Shown here: positions 8,860-16,643 of the stretch, piece after piece
Layout: each line of letters starts with the position of its first letter
Position numbering within the stretch: position 1 is the stretch's first letter
IMG/VR virus record: IMGVR_UViG_3300037424_002061
Coordinates: 1 to 29,443 of that record
DNA length: 29,443 nt
Direction: 5' to 3' (one strand)
Source: a virus
Taxonomy: Duplodnaviria; Caudoviricetes
The notes under the pieces: generated by a model
Database searches by the model: none
Told to the model about the DNA's origin: nothing
Seen by the model: only the letters and a program-made list of their open reading frames with translations
Position numbers and translations under genes: made by a program

Positions 8860-8952
8860 AAAATCAATCTATCAATCTGTCAAGAGTTTACCATATCTAT
8901 CAATTTGGTCCAAGCTCTTTTAGGTTGATACAAGTCGATTTAAAGGAGTCAA

Positions 8953-10602
8953 ATGAAATTACAACAATTACTTGATAAAATTGCCGACACTGTTGGGCGT
9001 GAGCCTAAAAAGTTTCCTAGCGGATATGGTTGTTTATGTCCCGCCCATCACGATAGAAGCCCCAGCCTAATAGTAAGCGAATTGGACAATGGAAAACTGT
9101 CTATTCACTGCTTCGCGGGATGCTCCTTTTGGGAGATCTGCGATTCACTAAAGATAAATCCAAGCGATTTTTCTGAGGTAGAAGAAGAAACTCCCAAAGA
9201 AAAGGAAGAGAGAAAAAAAAGAAATAAAGCAGAAAAGGAAGCTAGTGAGGCTGCCCTAAAAAAGGCTCAGGCCATTTGGAATGAATCAAAAGAAGGGGGT
9301 CATTCGTATCTTGAAAGAAAAAAAATCGAAGCATTTGGAACCAGAGTAAATGAAGGAAAATTGCTCGTTCCCGTTTATTCTCCCGGAGGTTCCCTTGTCA
9401 GCTATCAATCAATAGATCCGGAAGGGACAAAAAAAAACGCCTTTGGATGCAAGATGAATGGATTTTTTGTTCTTAAAGAACCCTCTAAAGATTCCAGAAT
9501 TATTATAGCTGAGGGGTTCGCCACAGCAGCTAGCATACAAATGGCCCTTGAAAACGATTCGGTTGTCTGCGCGTTCGGACTTACAAAAATACCTTCTGTC
9601 TATGAATTTTATCAGGCCTTTGAGCCGGATAGAGAAATTATAATAGCAGGGGATAAGGGAGCAGAGTATGGAAGCTTGCCCGTTATTTATCCAGAGACCA
9701 AGAGCGGGAAAGACTTCAACGATATTCATGTGAATGAAGGCCTTTCAAGGGTAAGAGATCAATTGAAAAACAAAAAATATAGTCCGGTCTCACTTGAATC
9801 CGTCTTTGAAACCCCCCCCCCTCCTCTGGATTGGGTATTTGAAAACTTTCTACACACAAATTCCCTTAATATTATCTATGCTTCTGAAGGTCAAGGAAAG
9901 ACGCGGTTTGTATACGAAGTGTGTTATTCATTGATCTGTGGAAAAAACTTTACAGACTTTATTTGCACAAAACCTAGATCCGTTTTGCTATTAGATGGGG
10001 AGATGTCTAGAACTGAATTCTATATTTTTATGTCTAATATACTGGAACGATCTATTGAAAAAGGTAAAGAAGTTATTCCACAAAAACCTTTTGATAGTAT
10101 TTTTAAAGAAGAAATAGAACAAGGTGGCTTAAATTATATAAATCTAAACTATAATGTTTGCAGAAAAATATTAGAACCTATTATCGATCGATATGATGTA
10201 ATAGTTTTTGATAATTATTTTACTTTAACAACTGACACAGGTACGGAACATTACGGAAAAAGGGATATGGAAAACCAAGGACTATCCAGGTGGTTTGGAA
10301 AATTAAAAAGAACGGGCAAAACGCTGATCCTTATTACACACGCCAACAAAAAAGGAGAGATTAGAGGCGATATGGGAATGCTCACTATTGATTGTCAGTC
10401 GCTTTTTAGGATAAACGGAACTCCTACCGGAGGATTTAAGATAAAAACCGAGAAGAATAGGATGGTTCATCCTAAATTCAAGAAGCCGTATAAAGTTGAA
10501 ATAAATAGTATGAGTAGTAATTTTGGAAAACTAGAAAAATCTGACGATAATAAAAAGGAGGATAGAGAATATGGAAAAGATAATAAAGAGTTTACTTGGT
10601 AA
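8953..10602 (+). CDS. Primase-helicase (Zn finger + Toprim + AAA_25/RecA-like helicase)
   Basis: CPAHHDRSPSL...HCFAGC; Toprim motifs IIIAEGFATA, IIIAGD and DFND; Walker A ASEGQGKT; LLDGE; VIVFDN; ILITH. Confidence 0.9.
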   Translation: MKLQQLLDKIADTVGREPKKFPSGYGCLCPAHHDRSPSLIVSELDNGKLSIHCFAGCSFWEICDSLKINPSDFSEVEEETPKEKEERKKRNKAEKEASEAALKKAQAIWNESKEGGHSYLERKKIEAFGTRVNEGKLLVPVYSPGGSLVSYQSIDPEGTKKNAFGCKMNGFFVLKEPSKDSRIIIAEGFATAASIQMALENDSVVCAFGLTKIPSVYEFYQAFEPDREIIIAGDKGAEYGSLPVIYPETKSGKDFNDIHVNEGLSRVRDQLKNKKYSPVSLESVFETPPPPLDWVFENFLHTNSLNIIYASEGQGKTRFVYEVCYSLICGKNFTDFICTKPRSVLLLDGEMSRTEFYIFMSNILERSIEKGKEVIPQKPFDSIFKEEIEQGGLNYINLNYNVCRKILEPIIDRYDVIVFDNYFTLTTDTGTEHYGKRDMENQGLSRWFGKLKRTGKTLILITHANKKGEIRGDMGMLTIDCQSLFRINGTPTGGFKIKTEKNRMVHPKFKKPYKVEINSMSSNFGKLEKSDDNKKEDREYGKDNKEFTW

Positions 10603-11272
10603 GAAGGAAAAATACGATTGTATCTCAATCCAAACAGAGACAGAATGCAGCGTTCCACTCGGACGTTGTCATATTGTAATAGGGAAAGATCTTCGAGATA
10701 AACAGAGTGAGCTAGAACTTACCCTCACTAAATTCCATAGATGCCGGAACTACCTTTATTGTACAGAAAAGCAGCGGAAAGAGCTGAGAAGCAATGGTGA
10801 TAGAGACTTTGAGAGCCTTCGGATTAAGTTTGACCTACAGGTAGTGAATGGAGAGGTGGTGGGAGCTAGAAGCGCCTTTAATCTCTTGATGGATAAGATT
10901 AAAGAGATGAATAAGATCAAAGAGAAGCCTAGGGCGGTTATTTATCCTAAGAGAAACAATAGCGAGAGAGAAAATTGGCACAGATATGCCGCTTCTCTTG
11001 CACCCTGGTTCAGTGAAGATGAATGTAAGTTTCTTGTCTCCCACAAGCCTATTAGGGTTAAGAGTAAGGGAATAGTTCTTAAAGATTCCCTGTACGACGA
11101 TGCAAAGAAATTCGTTAAATGTGACGAATTTATCGAAAAGCTTGGAAAGATGAAGTCTTACCGAGATCAATTAATGAAGGAAAGAGGACAAGAGTCAGTT
11201 CTTGTATATCTCAAGTCGGGAGATATTGTTCTCTTTCCCAAATACAAAATACAAAGGACTAAGGAATTATGA
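10571..11272 (+). CDS. Hypothetical protein
   Basis: 233 aa ORF with an AGGAGG RBS, coupled between the primase-helicase and SpoVG-like genes. Confidence 0.7.
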   Translation: MEKIIKSLLGKKEKYDCISIQTETECSVPLGRCHIVIGKDLRDKQSELELTLTKFHRCRNYLYCTEKQRKELRSNGDRDFESLRIKFDLQVVNGEVVGARSAFNLLMDKIKEMNKIKEKPRAVIYPKRNNSERENWHRYAASLAPWFSEDECKFLVSHKPIRVKSKGIVLKDSLYDDAKKFVKCDEFIEKLGKMKSYRDQLMKERGQESVLVYLKSGDIVLFPKYKIQRTKEL

Positions 11273-11589
11273 GAATATTGAAAATGAGATTAGTGAACAA
11301 GGGCTCACTATTGGCTGGATTTGATCTTGAGCTTAGCAATAAGGTAATTATTCGCAAGATGAGACTACTAGACTCAGGAAAAGGGAAGTGGGTATCACTT
11401 CCCGATGAGATGGTTGAGAAGGATGGAAAGAAGGAGTACTTTCCCTTGATTACCTTCGAAGATCCAGAGGTTAAGAAGGAGTTTTTGAGACATGCCAAGG
11501 AAGCTGCAATCAAGGAGTATGACAGTTTGTCGCAGTCTTCCCACCTTCCTAACTTACCCCCTCCAAATGATGGGGATGTTCCATTCTAA
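11269..11589 (+). CDS. SpoVG-like nucleic-acid-binding protein, probable SSB
   Basis: SpoVG-like pattern LAGFDL...IIRKMRLLDSGKGKWVSLP...DGKKEYFPLI, with a Pro-rich linker and C-terminal DGDVPF. Confidence 0.7.
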   Translation: MRILKMRLVNKGSLLAGFDLELSNKVIIRKMRLLDSGKGKWVSLPDEMVEKDGKKEYFPLITFEDPEVKKEFLRHAKEAAIKEYDSLSQSSHLPNLPPPNDGDVPF

Positions 11590-11619
11590 TCGAATGATAT
11601 CTTAACTCACTTGGATTAA

Positions 11620-11645
11620 GCCCCTCATTAGAGGGGTGTTTTTTT
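11620..11645 (+). terminator. Rho-independent terminator
   Basis: GCCCCTC-atta-GAGGGGT, then g and T7, after the replication operon. Confidence 0.75.
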
Positions 11646-11673
11646 CTTGACAACAATTCAAAATTTGATATAT

Positions 11674-11886
11674 TTAGGGGGTATTACGTAACTGTTCATC
11701 TCGAGCCCACCCCCCAGCGTCAGCGTGTGGGGAAGAGGTGGGCACTAAGAGAGGTTGAGTATGTTTCGAAATATACGCACCCTCTCGGCGGGGTTCCCTC
11801 GCCCTCCCCCTTTAAAGGGGTCGTAGGAACCCGAGACGGTAGATTCCGAAAATGAACGACGTAACGGTAAGCAAAATACCCCCTAA
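11674..11886 (+). ncRNA. Candidate structured ncRNA (or structured ssDNA origin), about 210 nt
   Basis: Perfect 12 bp closing repeat TTAGGGGGTATT/AATACCCCCTAA enclosing several nested stems. TTGACA upstream, T-run downstream. Confidence 0.55.
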
Positions 11887-12061
11887 TAATTTTTTTAAAG
11901 AACAGCTGTATCTAATTCCACCAACAAAAAAATTCTCTAGCAAACACCAATTCAATCACTGACTCAAGAGATCTGAGAGATTACGAATAAGGGCCTTAGA
12001 AGGATTTAAAAGAAAAGGGGCTTGGTATAGGTAGACCCCTGTTAATCGATTGTAGGCCAGT

Positions 12062-12277
12062 CTAGGCCCATTCTAAGAGATTCTGAACACAGATCCCACG
12101 GCGCATTAAAAGAAATAGCAGGTTCAAGGTCTCCGTTTCCTCTTCAGACCATGTAGTATCCTCGTAGGCCCTACGAAAGCTCGCAAAGTCTACCCAGCTA
12201 TTGATGAAGCCTTCTCCAAAAAACGACTCGTCTATCGTGATTTGGTGTAATATATTCTCTATCAGTTCTTTATTCAT
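12062..12277 (-). CDS. Hypothetical protein
   Basis: Start moved to ATG 12277 (AAGGAGG RBS). Confidence 0.65.
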   Translation of the reverse strand: MNKELIENILHQITIDESFFGEGFINSWVDFASFRRAYEDTTWSEEETETLNLLFLLMRRGICVQNLLEWA

Positions 12278-12521
12278 TTTTTCCTCCTTCATCATAGGAC
12301 TCCATCATTTCCAAGATCACAACAAATAGGTGTTTCAACAAGTTCTTACGATCACCCTTTTCCACCCTATTCAGAACATTAGCTATCAAAAGAGATCCCA
12401 AGATCCCTTCCACCATGTGCCCACCATCTTCACCAAGATTCTCATGTAGCAGGATATTGATACGAAACAACAGATCTGTTGCTAATTTACTGCATTCTTC
12501 TTCGTTCATTAGTACCACCAT
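12270..12521 (-). CDS. Hypothetical protein
   Basis: ORF downstream of a TTGCCG-18-TATGAT promoter, coupled to the next gene. Start may be 12509. Confidence 0.6.
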   Translation of the reverse strand: MVVLMNEEECSKLATDLLFRINILLHENLGEDGGHMVEGILGSLLIANVLNRVEKGDRKNLLKHLFVVILEMMESYDEGGKNE

Positions 12522-12539
12522 AACCCCTTGTTGTTGGCT

Positions 12540-12579
12540 CTGACTTAATCATAAACCATGTGATATATTTACGGCAACA
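12540..12579. promoter_or_regulatory. Divergent promoter element with 17 bp identity to 2133-2149
   Basis: Minus strand TGTTGCCGTAAATATAT (12579-12563), forming TTGCCG-18-TATGAT. Confidence 0.6.
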
Positions 12580-12606
12580 AAAAAGAATTCCATACACAAA
12601 TAAAAC

Positions 12607-12635
12607 TTGACCTCCTACACTCTTCTTGGTACTCT
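12607..12635 (+). promoter_or_regulatory. Putative promoter of the terS operon
   Basis: TTGACC-17-TACTCT with extended TG, ending 6 nt before ATG 12642. Confidence 0.5.
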
Positions 12636-12641
12636 ACATGT

Positions 12642-12860
12642 ATGCTAAATCTTAAGTTTCTAGATATCAAAGAGCAAAAAGAGAAAACCTTCGCTAGATT
12701 TGAAATGGTACAAGCTCTCAACTCTCTCGCTGTTAAGTCTACTCTTACCATAGACCTCGAAATCGCTGATATCGATCACACTCTTACACTCGATGAAATC
12801 ATAGCTAGAGCTAAGGATGAAGCTGTTAAACTCTACAATCGCCTTAATCAAGGGGGTTAA
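12642..12860 (+). CDS. Hypothetical protein
   Basis: 72 aa ORF ending 2 nt before terS; no SD sequence. Confidence 0.6.
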   Translation: MLNLKFLDIKEQKEKTFARFEMVQALNSLAVKSTLTIDLEIADIDHTLTLDEIIARAKDEAVKLYNRLNQGG

Positions 12861-12862
12861 TT

Positions 12863-13306
12863 ATGCCCAGAGGCGTACCAACCAAACCACGAACACCAAG
12901 AGAAAAAGAAAAGAGTGCCCAACGTGAAAAAAAACGACAAGGGACACCGATAGATTGGGAACAATTAGAAGTTTGGCTTTATAATGGCGCTACGGGGGTT
13001 TTATGTGCCGAAGCCATAGGGATTCATGAAAAAACACTTTATCGAAGATGTGAAGAAGATCTGGGGATGACTTTCGCAGAGCTACGATCTAAAAATAGAG
13101 CTAGAGGCGATTTAAGGTTACTAACTACGCAACAAGATTTAGCTTTTGATAAGAATTGCATGATGTTAATTTGGCTTGGTAAGAATAGATTGCAACAAAG
13201 AGATACGCCTCAAGAGATCGAGGTGTCAAAGGAAACCATCAACAGCTTCAAGGCTATCACTGATCAGCTAAGAGAAATGCAAGAGAAGGCGAAGAAAGAT
13301 GAGTAA
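12863..13306 (+). CDS. terS: Terminase small subunit (HTH type)
   Basis: Basic N-terminus, HTH IDWEQLE...GATG...AEAIGIHEKTLYRR, and the C-terminal motif MLIWLGKNRLQQRD typical of this TerS group. Confidence 0.75.
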   Translation: MPRGVPTKPRTPREKEKSAQREKKRQGTPIDWEQLEVWLYNGATGVLCAEAIGIHEKTLYRRCEEDLGMTFAELRSKNRARGDLRLLTTQQDLAFDKNCMMLIWLGKNRLQQRDTPQEIEVSKETINSFKAITDQLREMQEKAKKDE

Positions 13307-13532
13307 AATGGACTACGAGATTAAATTCACAGTCACTTCCGAGGATGACAACCTAGATATCATCCGCTTCATTAACTCGCAGGAAGCCTTTACAGCTCTA
13401 TGGAAGATTAGAGGGCTTGCGATGCAGGCTCTTGGTAAAGGTGTTAACGAGGACGAAGAGCTTACCTCTGAAGAGCTAAGGGCTTATCTCGAAGAGATTA
13501 TTGAATGGACCCATGTAAATGGAATGTTTTGA
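13299..13532 (+). CDS. Hypothetical phage protein
   Basis: Overlaps the terS end; pattern similarity to 21873..22109. Confidence 0.7.
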   Translation: MSKMDYEIKFTVTSEDDNLDIIRFINSQEAFTALWKIRGLAMQALGKGVNEDEELTSEELRAYLEEIIEWTHVNGMF

Positions 13533-13677
13533 GGGGAACGGGAGAGAGCCGTGGAGTTAGTCTCCAAGCGTGCAGGCGCTATGGGAAGCCATTAAACCGG
13601 CTTTGGTATCCGCGAGGACCAAGAATAACCCTAAATGTTACTGACCTGTAGACAAGGCGCCATTGCCCCTCTTTTTT
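13531..13677 (+). ncRNA. Candidate structured RNA with four-way junction and T-tract
   Basis: GAGGGG/CCCCTC closing stem plus T6; AGCCG/CGGCT enclosing three adjacent hairpins; a GCGA-tetraloop hairpin. Confidence 0.5.
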
Positions 13678-13686
13678 GAAAGAAAT

Positions 13687-13884
13687 CTATATCTTCTCTC
13701 TCCACTCTCTTAAAGAAAACACTCCCATACGCTCCACCTCTTTGTAGTGAATACGCCAATACTTCCTATTTCTTGTTCCATGGTCAACAGCGTGGATCTT
13801 TCCATTTCTTATCCCGTTTCTTATCGTATTAGGGTGAACGCCAACAAGCTTTGCGAACATCTGTATGGAGTACCACTCTTGCAT
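13687..13884 (-). CDS. Excisionase-like HTH (HTH_17/MerR-like) DNA-binding protein
   Basis: WYSIQMFAKLVGVHPNTIRNGIRNGKIHA...YWRI. Confidence 0.85.
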   Translation of the reverse strand: MQEWYSIQMFAKLVGVHPNTIRNGIRNGKIHAVDHGTRNRKYWRIHYKEVERMGVFSLREWREKI

Positions 13885-13995
13885 AGTGGAACGTTAGCAT
13901 CATAATACATTAAATGTCATTCCAATTTACGAACCTTGATTGTTCTCTCTTTACAGACTTTAATAAGGGTTAAAATCCAATTAAGGGAGTTAATC

Positions 13996-16173
13996 ATGGC
14001 ACTAGCATACGGGATGGGGGGACTAATTCAAGTTCCTGAAGGCGCATTGTACGGAGAAGGGGAACCTTCTACTAACTTGAAAGGGGAAGCGGGACAAAAT
14101 TACGTTGATAGATCTACTGATCCTTACACTCTTTACACTTTCAACGGGCAAACGTGGCAATCAGGCGGTAACGCAGCAGCTACCGAGACGACAGCGGGAA
14201 TCATTCGTATAGCGACCGATGCAGAGGCTACCACCGGTACCGATGATACTATTGCCATGACTCCGTACACAGTTGGCCTGGTGGCAATTGCCGGGGCTCC
14301 AGATGCTACTGAAGTTACCAAGGGTATCGCCCAGCTTGCCACTACCGCAGAAGCAGAGACAGGGACTAATGACACTGACATTATGACCCCTCTGAAGACA
14401 GCGGCCCTTCTTGATTCTGGCAACCATCCCGGTACATTCACAACTCTAGACGCTTCCGGAGCGGTTACTTTCGCTTCTACAGGCGCTATCTCAATGACCT
14501 CTGACACTGCATCCCTTTTCGACGTTACAGGGGCCGGGGTAGACCTTACACTGTCTTCTGATGCTGGTCGTGTGATCGTCAATGGTGAAGAAGCAGCCGA
14601 CAACGCAATCACTCTTCTCTCTGCTGCCGGGGGTATCGATGCTGATGCTGCTCTCCAAATCAACATTGCCTCTTCTGAGAACGCGGCTGACGCTATCGTG
14701 ATCAACGCTTCGGCCGGGGGTATCGACATTACCGCTGCCGGTGGAGCTGCTGAGGATATTGACATTACAAATACTTCAGGCTCTGTAAACATTACTGCTG
14801 GGGAAAACGTTGCAACGGCTATCGTGATGAACGCTTCAGCTGGTGGAATTGACTTAACTGCTGCCGGTGCAGCCGGTGAAGACATTGACATTGTTAATAC
14901 TGCTGGTTCGGTTAATATCTCCGGTGGAGAAGCTGCCGCAGATGCTCTTACTTTAGCCGCTCCCGCCGGTGGTATCACCGCGACGAGTGTTGGTCAAATT
15001 GCGATTTCAACCTCTCAGAACGCTGCCGATGCTATGGTACTTACTGCATCTGCCGGGGGTATCGACATCTTGGCAACTGGTGCAGCCACTGAAGATATCG
15101 ACATTATCAACACAGGTGGTTCTGTTAATATCACAGCTACAGAGAATGCAGCCGAGGCAATCTATATTAGAGCTAACGGAGGTACTTCTGAGACAATCAG
15201 AATCCATGCCGACCAAGGTACCGGGGTAGCTTCTATTAACATTGGTTCAGATGTTGGAGGAGTTACAATTTCCTCGGCCTTAGAATCGGCGGATTCTATC
15301 AATATCACAGCCTCAGGAACAGCGGGAGGAATCGACATTGACGCCGGAACAGCTGGGGTAATCGTTGACACAACAGGGGGAATTTCTCTAGATGCCGCGG
15401 CGGCTTCTAACTTCACCGCAACAGGCGCCTTTGACGTAACCATCAATTCAACAGCCGGAAGCGTCATCATCAACGCTGAAGAGGCGGCTACAGACGCTAT
15501 CGACATTCAAACCGCTGCGGGGGGTATAGATATCAACGCCGCTCTTGAGATCAATATTGATTCTTCGGAGGCAGCCGTTGCCGATGCTATTAGAATCGTG
15601 GCTTCTGCCGCAGACGGAGGGATTGACATTGATGCGGGAACAGGTGGTATCACAATCGATACAACAGATGCATTCTCTATCGACGGAGCCGCAGCCTCAA
15701 ACGTCACTGTGACAGGAGCCGGCCTTGACCTTACACTAAGTTCTGTAGGTGGGTCTGTAGTAGTAGCCTCTGACGAGGCAGTATCTACCGCAATCGGTCT
15801 TACAGCTTCCGACGCAGCAGGTGGAATCACACTAACAGCTGGAACTGGAAACGTTAATGTGGCCGGTAACCTTGTTCTTTCGTCAGTGGCAACTCAGTTG
15901 CAAATGAACGGTGGAGCGGTTACCGACTTCCTCGGACAGTCTACATTAACAAACGGAACCGTAACCGTCTCTAATACAAACATTGCAACAACAGATAGAA
16001 TCTTCTTAAGTCGTGCTGATGAAAACAGTTCTTCAGCTCTTGGAAGCTTGACCATCACGGCTCTAACCGCTTCTACAAGCTTTGTTATCACTGCACTTGA
16101 CCCGGCCGACGGTTCTAGCACTATCTCCGGAGATACTTCAATCGTAAACTGGTTCATAGTAAGACAAAACTAA
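13996..16173 (+). CDS. Long repetitive tail fibre/spike protein
   Basis: Start moved to ATG 13996 (AAGGGAG RBS). Two AT...GI...AT.AEA.TGT.DT..MTP fibre repeats, then many GGIDI.A beta-repeat units. Confidence 0.75.
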   Translation: MALAYGMGGLIQVPEGALYGEGEPSTNLKGEAGQNYVDRSTDPYTLYTFNGQTWQSGGNAAATETTAGIIRIATDAEATTGTDDTIAMTPYTVGLVAIAGAPDATEVTKGIAQLATTAEAETGTNDTDIMTPLKTAALLDSGNHPGTFTTLDASGAVTFASTGAISMTSDTASLFDVTGAGVDLTLSSDAGRVIVNGEEAADNAITLLSAAGGIDADAALQINIASSENAADAIVINASAGGIDITAAGGAAEDIDITNTSGSVNITAGENVATAIVMNASAGGIDLTAAGAAGEDIDIVNTAGSVNISGGEAAADALTLAAPAGGITATSVGQIAISTSQNAADAMVLTASAGGIDILATGAATEDIDIINTGGSVNITATENAAEAIYIRANGGTSETIRIHADQGTGVASINIGSDVGGVTISSALESADSINITASGTAGGIDIDAGTAGVIVDTTGGISLDAAAASNFTATGAFDVTINSTAGSVIINAEEAATDAIDIQTAAGGIDINAALEINIDSSEAAVADAIRIVASAADGGIDIDAGTGGITIDTTDAFSIDGAAASNVTVTGAGLDLTLSSVGGSVVVASDEAVSTAIGLTASDAAGGITLTAGTGNVNVAGNLVLSSVATQLQMNGGAVTDFLGQSTLTNGTVTVSNTNIATTDRIFLSRADENSSSALGSLTITALTASTSFVITALDPADGSSTISGDTSIVNWFIVRQN

Positions 16174-16182
16174 AGAGGAACA

Positions 16183-16317
16183 ATGAAAAAGCAAAAGTAC
16201 AACGCAAAACTAGATGAAAAACTTGGAATGAAGCGTGGTAAAGAGGCTAAAAAGATGCAGCCTTTCAAAGACAGACGTGACGAGTCCCGTGGGGCTAAAA
16301 AAGCTAAGAAAAAGTAG
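16183..16317 (+). CDS. 44 aa highly basic protein
   Basis: Not in the ORF track. GAGG RBS; MKKQKYNAKLDEKLGMKRGKEAKKMQPFKDRRDESRGAKKAKKK. Confidence 0.75.
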   Translation: MKKQKYNAKLDEKLGMKRGKEAKKMQPFKDRRDESRGAKKAKKK

Positions 16318-16324
16318 GGGATAA

Positions 16325-16636
16325 ATGGCCATTAATTCAAATCGACTTCGTTGGGAAAACCTTAGAAGCATTAACTCTGCTACCCTTACAGGTGGCTACG
16401 ATGCTTTAGGAACGCCCCTGGAACACTCTGCGTTCATCTGTAAGATGGTGAATAACTCAACGGTTACAGTTACGGTCTCAATCGACGGGGTGAATGACAT
16501 AGACGTTTGCCCAGCGGGCTCTTTCTGGCTGTATGACGAGTTCAACGATCTACCGGCAGGGACACAGTTCTATGTTGACGGAACAGCTGGCACAGGCCTT
16601 ATTTACCTAGTAGTTCAATACCACGTAACATCTTAG
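16325..16636 (+). CDS. Small beta-rich virion protein
   Basis: 103 aa with a GGGG RBS, inside the tail cluster. Confidence 0.6.
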   Translation: MAINSNRLRWENLRSINSATLTGGYDALGTPLEHSAFICKMVNNSTVTVTVSIDGVNDIDVCPAGSFWLYDEFNDLPAGTQFYVDGTAGTGLIYLVVQYHVTS

Positions 16637-16643
16637 GAGTTCA

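Noticed and set aside
11674-11886. Retron msr-msd, DGR template or OMEGA/HEARO guide RNA
   Set aside because: No reverse transcriptase, IscB or TnpB in the window, and the HNH genes are ordinary short homing-type enzymes more than 4 kb away.
13545-13604. tRNA gene
   Set aside because: Cloverleaf-like, but it lacks the TTCRA loop, a 7 nt anticodon loop and CCA; kept only as an unknown structured RNA.
13893-13925. Possible dif/XerCD or att site beside the Xis-like gene
   Set aside because: Only CATAA and ATGT match; the XerD arm TTATGTTAAAT is absent and no integrase is in the window.
14133-16157. Long minus-strand ORFs (14133..14978, 15162..15506, 15507..15830, 15894..16157)
   Set aside because: Antisense shadows of the repetitive Ala/Gly/Thr-rich fibre gene; no RBS and no independent motifs.
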